Part shown: piece after piece, positions 11,669-23,704 of the stretch
Layout: every line of letters starts with the position of its first letter
How positions within the stretch are numbered: the stretch's first letter is position 1
Assembly (NCBI GenBank): GCA_002269645.1
Contig: NIVC01004789.1
Span: 1-35,016 of the forward strand
Direction of reading: 5' to 3'
Source of the DNA: Macrostomum lignano
Taxonomy: Eukaryota
Length of the DNA: 35,016 nucleotides
Notes under the pieces: model-generated
Seen by the model: only the letters and a program-made list of their open reading frames with translations
Database searches by the model: none
What the model was told of the DNA's origin: nothing
Position numbers and translations under genes: made by a program

Positions 11669-14361
11669 TCATCCCAATGAGTACCTCGAGCTGCCCCAGG
11701 CGGCAGCTGTGGCGGCCGCTCCGCTGAGCCTCTCGGCCCCCAGGGCCCTCGCCAGCCTCTCCGCCTCGGCCTCCAGCTCGCCGCAGCGCTGCCTCTGCCT
11801 CGCCAGCTCCCGGCCACGGAGGTCGGCCTCTGTCTGAGCTGCGTCCAGCCTCTCCTGCATCAGCTGCAGCTCAGTGCGAGCCTCGTGAGCTTCGAGTCGG
11901 CTTCGCTGCTCCCTGTCCTGACAGGCGCTCAGCTCCGCTTGCTCCGCCTCCAGCTCCGCCTCCAGCCGCTCCGCCGTCTCCTGCGACTCCCGCAGCTCCG
12001 CCTCCAGCCGGCGCAGCCGCTCCGCCGCCTCAGCCTCGAGCTGGCGGCTCCGCCGCTCACCGTCGGCCGTGTCTTCTGCCTGCCGGCCGAGGCGTCGCTC
12101 CAGCAGCTGCAGCCGCTCGCCGACCTCCGCGCAGTGCAGCCGCTGCGCCGCCTCCCGGCTGGCCAGCTCGGCCCGCTCGGCCGCCATCTGGCGAGGGAGT
12201 GGCGAGTGCGACTGAGTGAGCGAATGCGGGTGCAACCGAGGCCCGCGGAGCCTCTCTGTCTGGCCCTTGGGTCCCTTGAAACTTCACAATAGCATCTCTC
12301 CTCTCATCCCATCTCTTCTTTCATCCTATCTCTCCTCTCATCCTATCTCTCCTCCAATCTCTTCTCTCCTCCCATCTCTCCTCTCCTCTTATCCCATTTC
12401 TCCTCTCATCCCATCTCTCCTCTCATCCCATCTCTCCTCTCATCCCATCTCTCCTCTCATCCCATCTCTCCTCTCATCCCATCTCTCCTCTCATCCCATC
12501 TCTCCTCTCATCCAATCTTTCCTCTCCTCCCATCTCTCCTCTCCTCTTTCCTCTTCTCTATTCCTTCTTCTTTCCTTTCTCAGCTTCAAGTGTTTTTTGA
12601 GTTCCTTTTAGAAAATTGTAGTTTCGAGAAAGATTAGGGACCAAGAAACTTGACAGGTCCCCCAAAAAAGGTGCTGCATCTGCTCCCACTGACTCACCGC
12701 TCTGAGGGCCGCTTCAAGCTCAGTTGAGCGCAGCTCCAGCCGCGACCTTTCAGCCTCCGCAGCCTCCGCCGTTGCTCTCAGCCTCTCGCGCTCCGCGGCC
12801 GCCCGCCTCAGCTCCGTTACTGTCTCGTCCCGCTCAGCCTCCAGCCGCTTCATCATCGTCTGAGCCGACGTGGCGCCGGCCGCTGACTGACGCCGAAGTC
12901 GCTGCTGCTCGGCCTGCGCCTCCGCCAGCGCCCGCGCCAGCTCGCCGCGCTCTCTGGCCAACGATCGGACCTCGGCTTGGATGTCGCTCAGGTGGCGCTC
13001 GAACTTGTCCAGCACCTGGCGGAGCTCGTCCCGCTCTCGGCGAACTCTGGACAGCTCGGCTGCCGCAGTCAGCTGCGACCGGCCCGGCGAGGGCGACCTG
13101 CGGCGCTGTGGGAGAGCGTTTGACCAACACTGCTCAGATCTGACCAGCTCTGCTCGGATCTGACCAACTCTGCTCGGATCTGATCAACTCTGCTCGGATC
13201 TGACCAACTCTGCTCGGATCTGACCAACTCTGCTCAGGTTTGATCAACTCTGCTCAGATCTGACCAACTCTGCTCAGATCTGACCAACTCTGCTCGGATC
13301 TGACCAACTCTGACAGTTCCCAACAACCCCAGCTTCGCCCACCTGTCCGTCTCGCAGTCTCTCCTGGCTGTCAGCCCGGCCGCCGCTCAGAGCCGGCATC
13401 CGCATCATCCGCGACAGCCGATCGGCCTCCGCCTTCCAGAATTCGCGGTCTTCCTCAACTCCGCGCAGGTACCGCTCCAGCTGCGCCGCCGAGGCCGAGT
13501 CCCCAGCGACACCACCGCCGCCTCCAGTCCCGATTTTCCTTCGTAGCCGCTCCAGCTCCAACACCAACTCGCGTTCTGATTGTGGAATATGAGCAGAGAA
13601 CTTCTAGCATCGTTTGTCATAGAATTTAGACATATGGCCCCAAAACTGAATTTTAATCTTCTTTGAAGGTTGTTTGAAGTTGTTTTTGAGTCACTTTGAA
13701 AATGGAAGATAAAAGCCGCCGAAACTTACCGCAGGCGGTCAGGCGCAGAATTCGCTGGGCGAGCCGCTGCTTGTCTTCCTGCTGCTGGGCCACAATGCTG
13801 CGCAGCTCCTCCAGGTCCAGCATCGAGCAGCTGACGGCTCCATCGCGGCCGCCGTTTCCGCTGGATGGTCGCCGCTGACGCGAATTTCCAGAACAGTCCT
13901 GCAGCCGCTGACGGTCCTGCAGCGGGTGGTTGGAAAATGCAGAGACTGTCCGCTTCTCTGAGCTCAACTAGAAGGATTTCTGGCAGGTAACAACGTTTCA
14001 AATTTGGGCAGTCAAGACGACTTCACTGACAGCATGACAGCAGCTTACTGTAGGCATCACTGACAGCATGACAGCAGCTTACTGTAGGCATCACTGACAT
14101 GACAGCAGTTTACTGTAGACATCACTGACAACATGACAGCAGCTTGCTGTAAGCGATACATTGAGGTTTGCAGATCAAGGACATCATTCTCAGAAGAGAT
14201 TCATAGCTCGTATGTCAGCTAAAAGTGAGATTTTAAAATCCTTTTATTCTGACTACTAATTAAGAGGCTTTCAATGGGATAAAATCCTAATGCCGCTGGG
14301 GAGGCCTCTGGATGGAACTCACGCTGGCCCTGGCGGATGCGGATCTCTTCAGCGCTGGCAT
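11669..14361 (-). CDS. CEP135: CEP135/TSGA10-family centriolar coiled-coil protein; exons 14361-14323, 13916-13730, 13575-13343, 13105-12698, 12187-11669 (or spliced at 11685 to a last exon 9988-9778)
   Basis: All junctions are GT-AG and phase-consistent (0,1,0,0). The translation LEELRSIVAQQQEDKQRLAQRILRLTACERELVLELERLR..QLERYLRGVEEDREFWKAEADRL..RERDELRQVLDKFERHLSDIQAEVRSLARERGEL matches, from recall, the CEP135 middle region (LETVVHQLEQEKQRLSKK..RLDTFLKGIEEERDYYKKELERL..RERDELQRMLERFEKYMEDIQSNVKLLTAERDKL). The start codon and last exon are less certain. Confidence 0.82.
12292..12560. repeat. CT-rich degenerate repeat (catctctcctctcatcc)n in an intron
   Basis: Direct reading; lies inside intron 12188-12697. 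Confidence 0.9.
13132..13312. repeat. 20 bp minisatellite (tctgaccaactctgctcgga)n, ~9 copies, intronic
   Basis: Direct reading; fills most of intron 13106-13342. Confidence 0.93.
14025..14150. repeat. ~34 bp tandem repeat (actgacagcatgacagcagcttactgtaggcatc), ~3.5 copies, intronic
   Basis: Direct reading within intron 13917-14322. Confidence 0.85.
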
Positions 14362-16955
14362 GGCTCTCTCGATCCCGTGTTGCTGGGCCGGTGGCTCTAG
14401 CGCTCGGAATGCGGAGCTGCAGTCACCTGAAAACAGTTGCCCTCTGAGTGCTTTGCATATAGGGAAGGGCGACTCTCTGACTCACCGCCTCCCCTCTCTG
14501 ACTCCGCCGTTTGAGTACAGTCTTGAGCTGCTGTACTGAGCTGCAAATACAATCGGCTGAGACGTGCAGGTGCATGGGTACTAAGCTGTGCATCCTTTCT
14601 GTCCAGTTCCTGCGCATTCTGCATCCCACCCCCCCCCCGCATTCTTCTGGTCTGTTTGGGAAGCGACGATAGGCAGGCCTGGGGTCTCTTTGGTGAGCAA
14701 CTCTTTCCCCCAAGCTTATTACTTCAAGAATAGCTAAAGGAGCTGCTCATTGGCTAAGCGCGTCTCTCTTTCATTCCCTGGACAGACAGGCTCAAATAGC
14801 CAGACTCATCATCTCGGCAAGGAGAAGGGCTAGGAACGTCTTTCAACTGTTCCATTATTTAGATTTCTGATTTCAAATGCATTCTTTATGATGTACAGTG
14901 GATTACGTGGGCTGTCTTTTGTAATTAGCGTTTGATGGATAGAGGACGTTTGAAAAGAACTGGAGGAGACACTCGATGAAGGCGCTTTTTTGCAAAAACC
15001 AAACGATCATTAACTTTATCAGTTTACCAGTCAGACTTGATCAGTTTCGAGGCAGTGGCGCACTGGCTCAAGAGCAGCTGTGCAAGTGACACAAGCGCTC
15101 TGACAGGTAGAAGAGCGCGGTGGAAATATGATTGTACTAACAGTATTTAGTGTAAGGAAGCACTTGGTTCACAAGCAACAGCGGCAGCAAGAGAAAACCC
15201 TAACCGCTGTCAAGGCCACAATTAAAAGCAGCGTCATAGGTGGGAATGTGCAACGCATATCGCAACCTCCCATCACGGCCTCGCTCTGCCCCAATGTGAT
15301 AATTGATCTGCTTCCAATGATTTCAAGAGAAAGATTCCATTCCTGACTCCCTCGTGCTGTCTTTTTACCTATAGGCAATATGGAAGGCAGAAATGAAGAA
15401 ATGATGAAAATTGAGAAATAGGCAATCTGTATCTGCAGAGTGAGAAATTTTAGAGGAAAAATATGCGAAATTTGTCCCTCTACTTGAGACATTTTACAGC
15501 TATGCTTGTAAATAAGCTGGTACTCGTACTTCTGCACCAGGGTATACCTTAGGAGCCTGGTGGGAATTAAAATGTAAATGAACTTCCCTACGCTCGAAAC
15601 GTTAAAAACAAACTTTATACATTTGCAAGTTAGGCCTTCGAATCCTTTCTACAACCTCGATTCCGATCGCAGGGGGCATCGCAGGGGGCATCGCCATGGA
15701 TTTTATGGTAGGGGGGACAAAGCTAAGAATTCTACATGTACATGTACGACTAAATACGTACATGTACATTATTTTCAGAATCGGTGTTGTCAGCGCTCTT
15801 TTTGGCGCCGCAGACACTCATTTAGAGCTGCAGACACTCATTTTAGCGCCGCAAGCACTCACTTTAGCTCCACTGGCACTAAAAGAAGAAGAAGAATAAT
15901 AATAATCATAGGGACATTAATAACGCTAATAATAATCCCAAATCCAAAAATCCCTAATAGAAGTCCCAAACAGGGGTATGCGAATAATTAGGTACTTATA
16001 GGTGAAATTCGCCTTGGCGCAAAAGAATCAACAATATAAAAAGTTTTTCTAAAAATCGTTAGTCTTTAAGGTCTAAAGAAAAGCTTGCGGCTTCAAAAAT
16101 TAAGGGAACATTCTATAAAATTTGTGAAAAAAGGAGCTACTAAGGCTCCTATTACAATTCATCAAAGACAGCTAGCATGCATATACATGCATGCGTAGCT
16201 CGATCCGAATTAGTTTCTGAAAATTCTTTGATCAAGGGGTCCTGCGTAGGCATTGGTGCCGCCGCAGGTAGCAGTGCAGGAGGGGTGGTGGCTGGGGCGC
16301 CGACCTCGCATTCTTCGATGTGCTGCCTTACTTTGAAAATGTGGAAAGATTTTTTGCAGTGACGCATATGCAGTTTAACAAATGCACTTACACAATAAGC
16401 TAATAATCTACTGCGATTTCGAAATATACATCAAAATTTTACATTTTTAACATAAATCTTTATAGTTCTTGATATTAAAATCTGTGATAATTTATTAAGT
16501 TTTGTTCTAAGAATAGATCAACGTGAGAGCGGCAAACCCCTAATCCAGCTGACAGCAGCCTGTTTCTCTTCTATTGGTCAGCTAGCAACTGAGTGTACGC
16601 GAAGATCTAGAATAGAAAAACTGGTTTTCTTGCTGCTAATCCAGTTCGTTTGCCGGCCAGCAGTTCATAAAAGATATTAAAGCAAGCAAGCGTAGGAGTT
16701 TCTAAAATGTGTGCAAGGCAGCAGGTCATCCTTAGTTTTGATCTAAGAAACAGATTTATATAAGCCCCTGTAACTTAAGTTTTAACTCTGTCCTGCGGCT
16801 CAGTCAGCGGCTGTCTTCTGCATTCTGAAGCTTAGTTTACTTAAGCTTATTCGACATTAGCAGGTATTTTAAAACCAATTTCAGCTCGACTATATCAATG
16901 TTTTGCGCAAGCTGAGGCCCATTCTATTCACTATTTGTTGGCAATTGCAAAATTT

Positions 16956-17374
16956 CAGTGTTGCCACCCCGGCGAATTTTAATCGCTGGGCGATTTTAAA
17001 TAGCTGAGCGATTTTTTTGTCATATTCAGCAATTTTCAGCGATGTTTTATTCTTATGAGGTAGAATCCCCCCCCCAGAATTACCCCAGAATTACCCAGAA
17101 TCGTGAGATTCTGGGGGTAAGAATCGTGTGATTCTGGGGGTAAGAATTGTGAGATTCTGGGGGTAAGAATCGTGAGATTCTGGGGGTAAGAATCGTGAGA
17201 TTCTGGGAGTAAGAATCGTGAGATTCTGGGGGTAAGAATTGTGAGATTCTGGGGGTAAGAATCGTGAGTTTCTAGGATAAGAATCATGCTTAAAACAAAG
17301 AATTTTATTTTAAAGTTGCAGCGATTTTTTATTACATATGCGATTTTTGCAAGCCAAGAGTCAGTGGCAACATG
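16956..17374. mobile_element. MITE-like non-autonomous DNA transposon remnant
   Basis: Imperfect terminal inverted repeats CAGTGTTGCCAC (16956) and GTGGCAACATG (17364-17374), with five internal GCGAT(T/G)TT subterminal motifs. No clean target-site duplication. Confidence 0.45.
17097..17270. repeat. 23 bp minisatellite (gaatcgtgagattctgggggtaa)n, ~7.5 copies
   Basis: Direct reading; preceded by short inverted copies of the core (ccccagaatta). Confidence 0.93.
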
Positions 17375-18412
17375 CAACAGGCAATTTGCAATGTGCATTA
17401 GGCCTATTTTAACCTCGGACTTGCTTGGACTTAAAGCTTAAAGGTTCTACTTTGCTGTTTCCAAATTTACTCTGCCAATTTATTTAACTCAATGACTGTA
17501 ATCTAGAACTATATTTCTACTAGGCCTACATTATGTCTATGTATATCTAATAGCATATTATAAAAACTATAAAATCATAACTAGAATAACATTTTTAAGC
17601 ATATAGTAACATAATATTGCTGTATATTATTTATGTTTTTGGTTGCTTTAGACCTATTTAATAGGCATTTCATTGCAATTGCCAAGAAGCTTATTTCATG
17701 ATCATAAGATTTATAATTGATTCATTGGCTTAATTTGTTTAGGATTCTATAGTCTAGATTATTAACCATAATAAGATAACCATTAATTTAGAGGTTAGAT
17801 AAAATCAAGATTTTTAGAACAAGGTAGGATTAGGATTCTATTTTTGTTAGGATCCTTGGATTTTAGGATAAGTTATTTCTTATGATAGCTAGGCCTATTT
17901 ATTTATCATAGATATAATTTTATAATAATGTCATTTTTGTCTATATAATCATGTTTCATTGTTATCAAAAGATTAAAGTAATTAATTAATTAAAAAATTA
18001 AGTTAAAGGTTAATCATAAAACAAAGAAAATAATATTTTGCTCTTAGTTAGTATTAGAATTATCAACTATATTTTATTTACCAATATTAGATAATCTATT
18101 TTTTTAACATAATTTTAACTTATTTTAACTTTTATAAGGCCTAAATTATACAAATATTTAGATTTTAAAGCAAGTTAAAAATCTATTTTTGCCTTGAAGG
18201 TTTTTGATAACCAACTATTTTGTTTATGTTTTGTATATTGTGTTTTTATTTCTTTTTTGTAGAGATTGGGGCATTTTGTGGAGGTTAGTTGCCACTTTTT
18301 ATAGGCCTACTTTTTAACTAAAATGGTCCTATACCCTCATTAGTAGGACCCCTAGTTACTTGTCATTTTTATTACTTCATTTTAGAGAATTTAAATAACA
18401 CTCATTTTATAG

Positions 18413-18918
18413 TTGAGCTGTTGCCCTTGCCAACTGTTCCAGCCTCAGCAGCAGCCCTGACAACTCGACCTTCATCACCAACATACAAGCATTCATACAA
18501 GCTGTCTCAATTCATGGGCCGGAAGCAGAGGCTGCCCCGCAGGCAAGAGGACGATGTTGCCATTGCTGGCAGCGTCTTCACTGATTCGCCAGACAATGCA
18601 GTTGAGGTCGCGACTTCCCTGAGGCGGCCGCTGAGCGTCACCCAGGCAGCTGCCGAGCTGGATGGCGGCGCCACCGTGCCGATTGTGTTCTCGCCCTCGC
18701 CAACTCCGCCGCTGTCGCCCTCGCTGGTGTCAGCGGCTTCATCTTTGCTGTCCTCGCCGCCGATCCCGCTGCTAACAGCGTCGACAAGTTCCGCTGCTTC
18801 GCCGCCGCCACCACCGCCGCGAAAGCAGCTGCGCCTTGTTGCGCGGGCGTCGACTGAGCAGCCGCAGCAGCAGCGACTGCCGCGCAGGCAGAATCGAAAG
18901 CGAAGCCTTGCAGCTGAG
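18413..18918 (+). CDS. Isolated candidate exon, Ser/Pro/Ala-rich with basic patches, function unknown
   Basis: GC-rich open frame within AT-rich flanks, bounded by ttttatag| and gag|gtgaag. Partner exons not identified. Confidence 0.35.
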
Positions 18919-19124
18919 GTGAAGCCCTTATTGTTGTGTGCACCTGTGTGCGTACAGTTCACAGAGAATCCAGACCATTAGGGTTGCCTCCATTGTCAAG
19001 TTTTTTGTCTGGTCATTTTGTTCGACTTTGGCATTGTGCTAAATATAGATATGCAAAATGGAATATACGTTTTTTAGAACAACTGTTTAAGATAGGGGGC
19101 GAAGTAAACAGGGTATCATGTTAT

Positions 19125-20525
19125 AGGACTGGAGGGTAGCACTGAACGACTGGAGGGTAGGCATTAAAAGACCGGAGGGTAACACTAAAGGACGGGAGGG
19201 TAGCACTAAAGGACCAGAGGGTAACAGTAAAGGACTGGAGGGTAGCACTAAAGGACCGGAGGGTAACACTAAAAGACCGGAGGGTAGCACTAGAGGACCG
19301 GAGGGTAACACTAAAGGACCGGAGAGTAGCACTAAAAGACCGGAGGGTAGCACTAGAGGACCGGAGGGTAACACTAAAGGACCGGAGAGTAGCACTAAAA
19401 GACCGGAGGGTAGCACTAAGACCGGAGGGTAGCACTAAAAGACCAAAAGACCGGAGGGTAGCACTAAAGGACCGGAGGGTAACACTAAAAGACCGGAGGG
19501 TAGCACTAAAGGACCGGAGGGTAACACTAAAGGACCGGAGGGTAGCACTAAAGGACCGGAGGGTAACACTAAAGGACCGGAGGGTAACACTAAAAGACCG
19601 GAGGGTAGCACTAGAGGACCGGAGGGTAACACTAAAGGACCGGAGAGTAGCACTAAAAGACCGGAGGGTAGCACTAGAGGACCGGAGGGTAGCACTAGAG
19701 GACCGGAGGGTAGCACTAAAGGACCGGAGGGTAGCACTAAAAGACCGGAGGTAGCACTAAAGGACCGGAGGGTAGCACTAAAAAACCGGAGGGTAACACT
19801 AAAGGACCGGAGGGTAGCACTAGAGGACCGGAGGGTAGCACTAGAGGACCGGAGGGTAGCACTAAAGGACCGGAGGGTAGCACTAAAAAACCGGAGGGTA
19901 GCACTAAAAGACCGAGGTAGCACTAAAGGACCGGAGGGTAGCACTAAAAAACCGGAGGTAGCACTAAAGGACCGGAGGGTAACACTAAAGGACCGGAGGG
20001 TAGCACTAAAGGACCGGAGGGTAGCACTAAAAAACCGGAGGTAGCACTAAAGGACCGGAGGGTAACACTAAAGGACCGGAGGGTAGCACTAAAAAACCGG
20101 AGGGTAGCACTAAAAAACCGGAGGTAGCACTAAAGGACGGAGGGTAACACTAAAAAACCGGAGGGTAGCACTAAAGGACCGGAGGGTAGCACTAAAAGAC
20201 CGGAGGTAGCACTAAAGGACCGGAGGGTAACACTAAAAAACCGGAGGGTAGCACTAAAGGACCGGAGGGTAACACTAAAAAACCGGAGGGTAGCACTAAA
20301 GGACCGGAGGGTAGCACTAAAAGACCGGAGGTAGCACTAAAGGACCGGAGGGTAACACTAAAAAACCGGAGGGTAACACTAAAGGACCGGAGGGTAGCAC
20401 TAAAGGACCGGAGGGTAACACCAAAGGACCGGAGGGTAGCACTAAAGGACCGGAGGTAGCACTAAAGGACCGGAGGGTAACACTAAAGGACCGGAGGGTA
20501 ACACCAAAGGACCGGAGGGTAAGCA
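19125..20525. repeat. 21 bp minisatellite (ggaccggagggtagcactaaa)n, ~1.4 kb
   Basis: Direct reading; occasional 20 bp units. Confidence 0.97.
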
Positions 20526-21225
20526 TTAAAGAGCACAATCAACCGCACAGTCACACTTTTGCGGTGACTCGAGCATATTGTTTTTCATTAAAAATTTAGG
20601 AAAGAGCTAGTTATTTAGGAAAGATAAGCGCTGATCTGAAGAGCCCCAGGCCCAGTTAAAGTACTCAGCAGGGGGTGCTGACGTCATCAGAAGCTATTTT
20701 GTGTCACCGCCACTCAGCTAAAGTGAATTGGCATGAATTCTATATAATTTCACATTCATTTATCTCGCCTGCCTACCAGAGAGTACAAAAATGCGTCTTA
20801 GACATGTGATTCTTGCTTTCTCCTACTTTTCATTCTCTCTAAACCTCACCCACTCTTGCTACAACTGGCTGTGGAACCGGCCGGTCAGATGACCGAGCCG
20901 CTATTTGAGTGGCGGGTGCAGCCAGTTTTGCATTGCTGCGTACATTCACTCCGCCTGTCTGCCCTGGCCGCTCGCTCTATTAATGGCTAAAGCAAACAAA
21001 TAGCTGGGAGGGTCAGGTGACATTGAGGTATCTGATCTGGCTCGGAGCGGCAGTTCCAGATCGAGTTCACCGTTTAGGATTTCTTTAATTTTACTCTTTG
21101 ATTTTTTTTTGTAAAATTTTACTGCTCATATCCCTGACGCTGTAAGTAGTATGCAAGGCTTTAATATTTTTGTTTACCGTCGTCTTCCAGCCTCTCTCCG
21201 CCGCCCGGTTTGCTTCAACGGCCAG

Positions 21226-21788
21226 CATCTACATTCTGCCGGCGCAGCGCCGCCTTCAGTCGCTGCAACCGCCGGCGCCGCCCTCGCCGCCGATGTCGCT
21301 GTTTGGCAGCGGCGAGTCCACCAACAGCTGCAGCAACCTGAGCCTGCCGGCCTCGGCGGCCACTTCTGACGACTGCGGCTGGCTCGCTTGTAACCGCGAG
21401 GATTCGCCTGGGGTGAGCGGATTGCGGCTTTTGATGTTAGAGAACACCTGGGCAGGAATATTATCTAGAACTCTACTGTTAGAGGGCATATAGGCTGGGC
21501 ACTGATTTCCAATCCAGATATGCTTCGCATTTAGGAGTCCATGATCGAATCGCTGGTCCTGAGTCAGTTGTCCTTGTATCTATGTGTTTGACTGCACAAT
21601 CGGTTATTTGTACTGTCAGTAGCTGACAGGAATTTTATTGTTTTTTCTCACCTCTGGCAGGCGGCGTCAGTCAGCCTGGCCGAGTCCGACCCGCTCATCA
21701 GCTGCCGGTGGCTCAAAGCTGGCGCCCCCAGCCTGTCTGCGGCAGCGGCGGTGGCAGTCTTACTAGTCACGTGACAACTCGTCCGTCG
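21226..21788 (+). other. Two candidate exons (~21226-21412 and 21661-21788), short ORF or 5' exons of a downstream gene
   Basis: GC-rich blocks with good donors (gtgagc 21413, gtgagt 21789) and acceptor (ctggcag 21660). The spliced ORF from ATG 21293 stops at 21774, before the last donor. Confidence 0.3.
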
Positions 21789-22024
21789 GTGAGTTTTGGC
21801 GGTTTATTTCAAGGTCAAATTCATTAAGATAAGTAGGCCAATATATTTTGCACTCAATAGATGCTAGAACTGCCATGGTTAAAACTGATTGCATTTAATG
21901 TACTTTATATTCAGTATAAGTTTCTGCTTTTTAAATGATTTGGTATATAATGCACCAACTTGACTCTTCTCATTATGATTGAGCCGCCAAAGTCCCAGAT
22001 CTTCCGGATGGGCCACCGTCGGAT

Positions 22025-22335
22025 CCCCAGTTTCTGGGTCTCTGCCTTCCCAGATCCTCAGTTTCTGGGCCTCTGCCCTCCCAGATCCTCAGTTGCTGGG
22101 CCTCTGCCCTCCCAGATCCTCAGTTGCTGGGCCTCTGCCCTCCCAGATCCTCAGTTGCTGGGCCTCTGCCCTCCCAGATCCTCAGTTTCTGGGCCTCCCA
22201 GATCCTCAGTTTCTGGGCCTCCGCCCTCCCAGATCCTCAGTTTCTGGGCCTCCGCCCTCCCACATCCTCAGTTTCTGGGCCTCCGCCCTCCTAGATCCTC
22301 AGTTTCTGGGCCTCTGTCCTCTCAGATCCTCAGGC
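22025..22335. repeat. 31 bp minisatellite (ccagatcctcagtttctgggcctctgccctc)n, ~10 copies
   Basis: Direct reading; each unit contains a cccaga/tctggg inverted pair. Confidence 0.93.
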
Positions 22336-23704
22336 TGGGCCGCTGCTACCATCCCAAATGTAGAAGATACCCATTGTAGGAGGCTGTGGAAAGTATTCTA
22401 GTCATTTTAATTGTGTTAATGCAAGCATTCAAAAAAGCCTCACACAGTGTCTACAAGTGCTGTGTCCCAAATTTGGAGTTCGAATTCCTCGCGAACAGGC
22501 AGACAAGACAGACAGTTAATAATGCTTCGCACACAAAGACCACGTGGCACAAAGACTTGTGTATGGGAGGGGGTCCGGACGCCCGGAGACGGAGGCCCTG
22601 CAGTTTTTTCTATTCAAACGACTTTCCTAATTTCCTGTCGAGTGTGTTTAATTGCCTTGGGTGTGGTGTGGAATCAAGGCCCAAGACTGGAAGACTCGGA
22701 GTTCTAGCTGTCTGAGACAAAGACTCGAAAGTCTTTATCTAGCACCCATCCATGGCCTGCGTATAGAAATGCTTAGGGCTCTCACAGACAAAGAGACTGG
22801 CGGTGTCCCGCTGCTGTCAGCGTCTCCCGCTCCGTCTTCATCAAGCCAGGGTTTAAAACGACTCCGAAGAAATTGTTGAGCTGGTATTGCTGGGTGCGTC
22901 TGTGTTGATATTCCTGAGCATAGTGAGCATAGGCCAGATGAGGAGCCTGGCATGCCCTTGTCCGTCTGCCTTCCCCATAGCGCGCGCGTGTGACCTACCG
23001 CTCCCCCTTGAGTGACTGCAATATAATATATTTATACCGCGAGTCAGCCAGAGCCAAGTCCGGTCTTTGTGCTGCCAGAGCGGCGAGGCTGTGGGAAGAC
23101 TTCGCTCCCAGTCCCAGCTGGCCAATTCTCCCAAACAATTCTTCTCGATTACTCGAAGCCATCTGGCAGAAACAAGAAGATCGCTGCTTCTTTCAAACCT
23201 CCCCAGCTTTTTTCTTCCCTCTCGCTTTGAATAAATAAAAATCCCAGGCTTCTCCCGCTCGGCCTGGAGATTGGAGTGAACGCTCCCATTGTTGTGCTGA
23301 CGCGTGGCTGGGGGGGGGCTGGGTTCCCGCATCCCCGGATCCAGCTGGTGCGTGCGCTAGCGAAAAAAGCACATGCCCCCATTATCCCTGCAGCTTTTTT
23401 GGATTATGGCTCTTCTTATCTTAATCCGCAAGCCGGACTCCCCATTCTCCCATCCATTGTTATCCCATGTTTGCTTTGCGGCCTGTCGGATCGCCCGGGC
23501 TGGGCAGGGTGGCTGCGCCGCCCTCTGCCCCGTGTTGTTGGCTCGGTGAAACTTTAATTGGTTGGAAAGTGGAGCTGGGGTGGCTGCGGCCTGCGCTCCC
23601 CTCTCCCATTGCGGCCTCATCTGCATATATAAATATATAGCTGCACGCTCACTGGGTGAGATCGGAGACGGAATTTGGAAGCAATTCAAAGCAGCTGAAG
23701 AAGC

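Noticed and set aside
19087-20538. Minus-strand LPSGPLV / ATLRSFS repeat ORFs
   Set aside because: Translations of the 21 bp array, broken by 20 bp units.
20679-20686. CRE palindrome TGACGTCA
   Set aside because: One 8-mer in 35 kb is expected by chance, and no TSS evidence.
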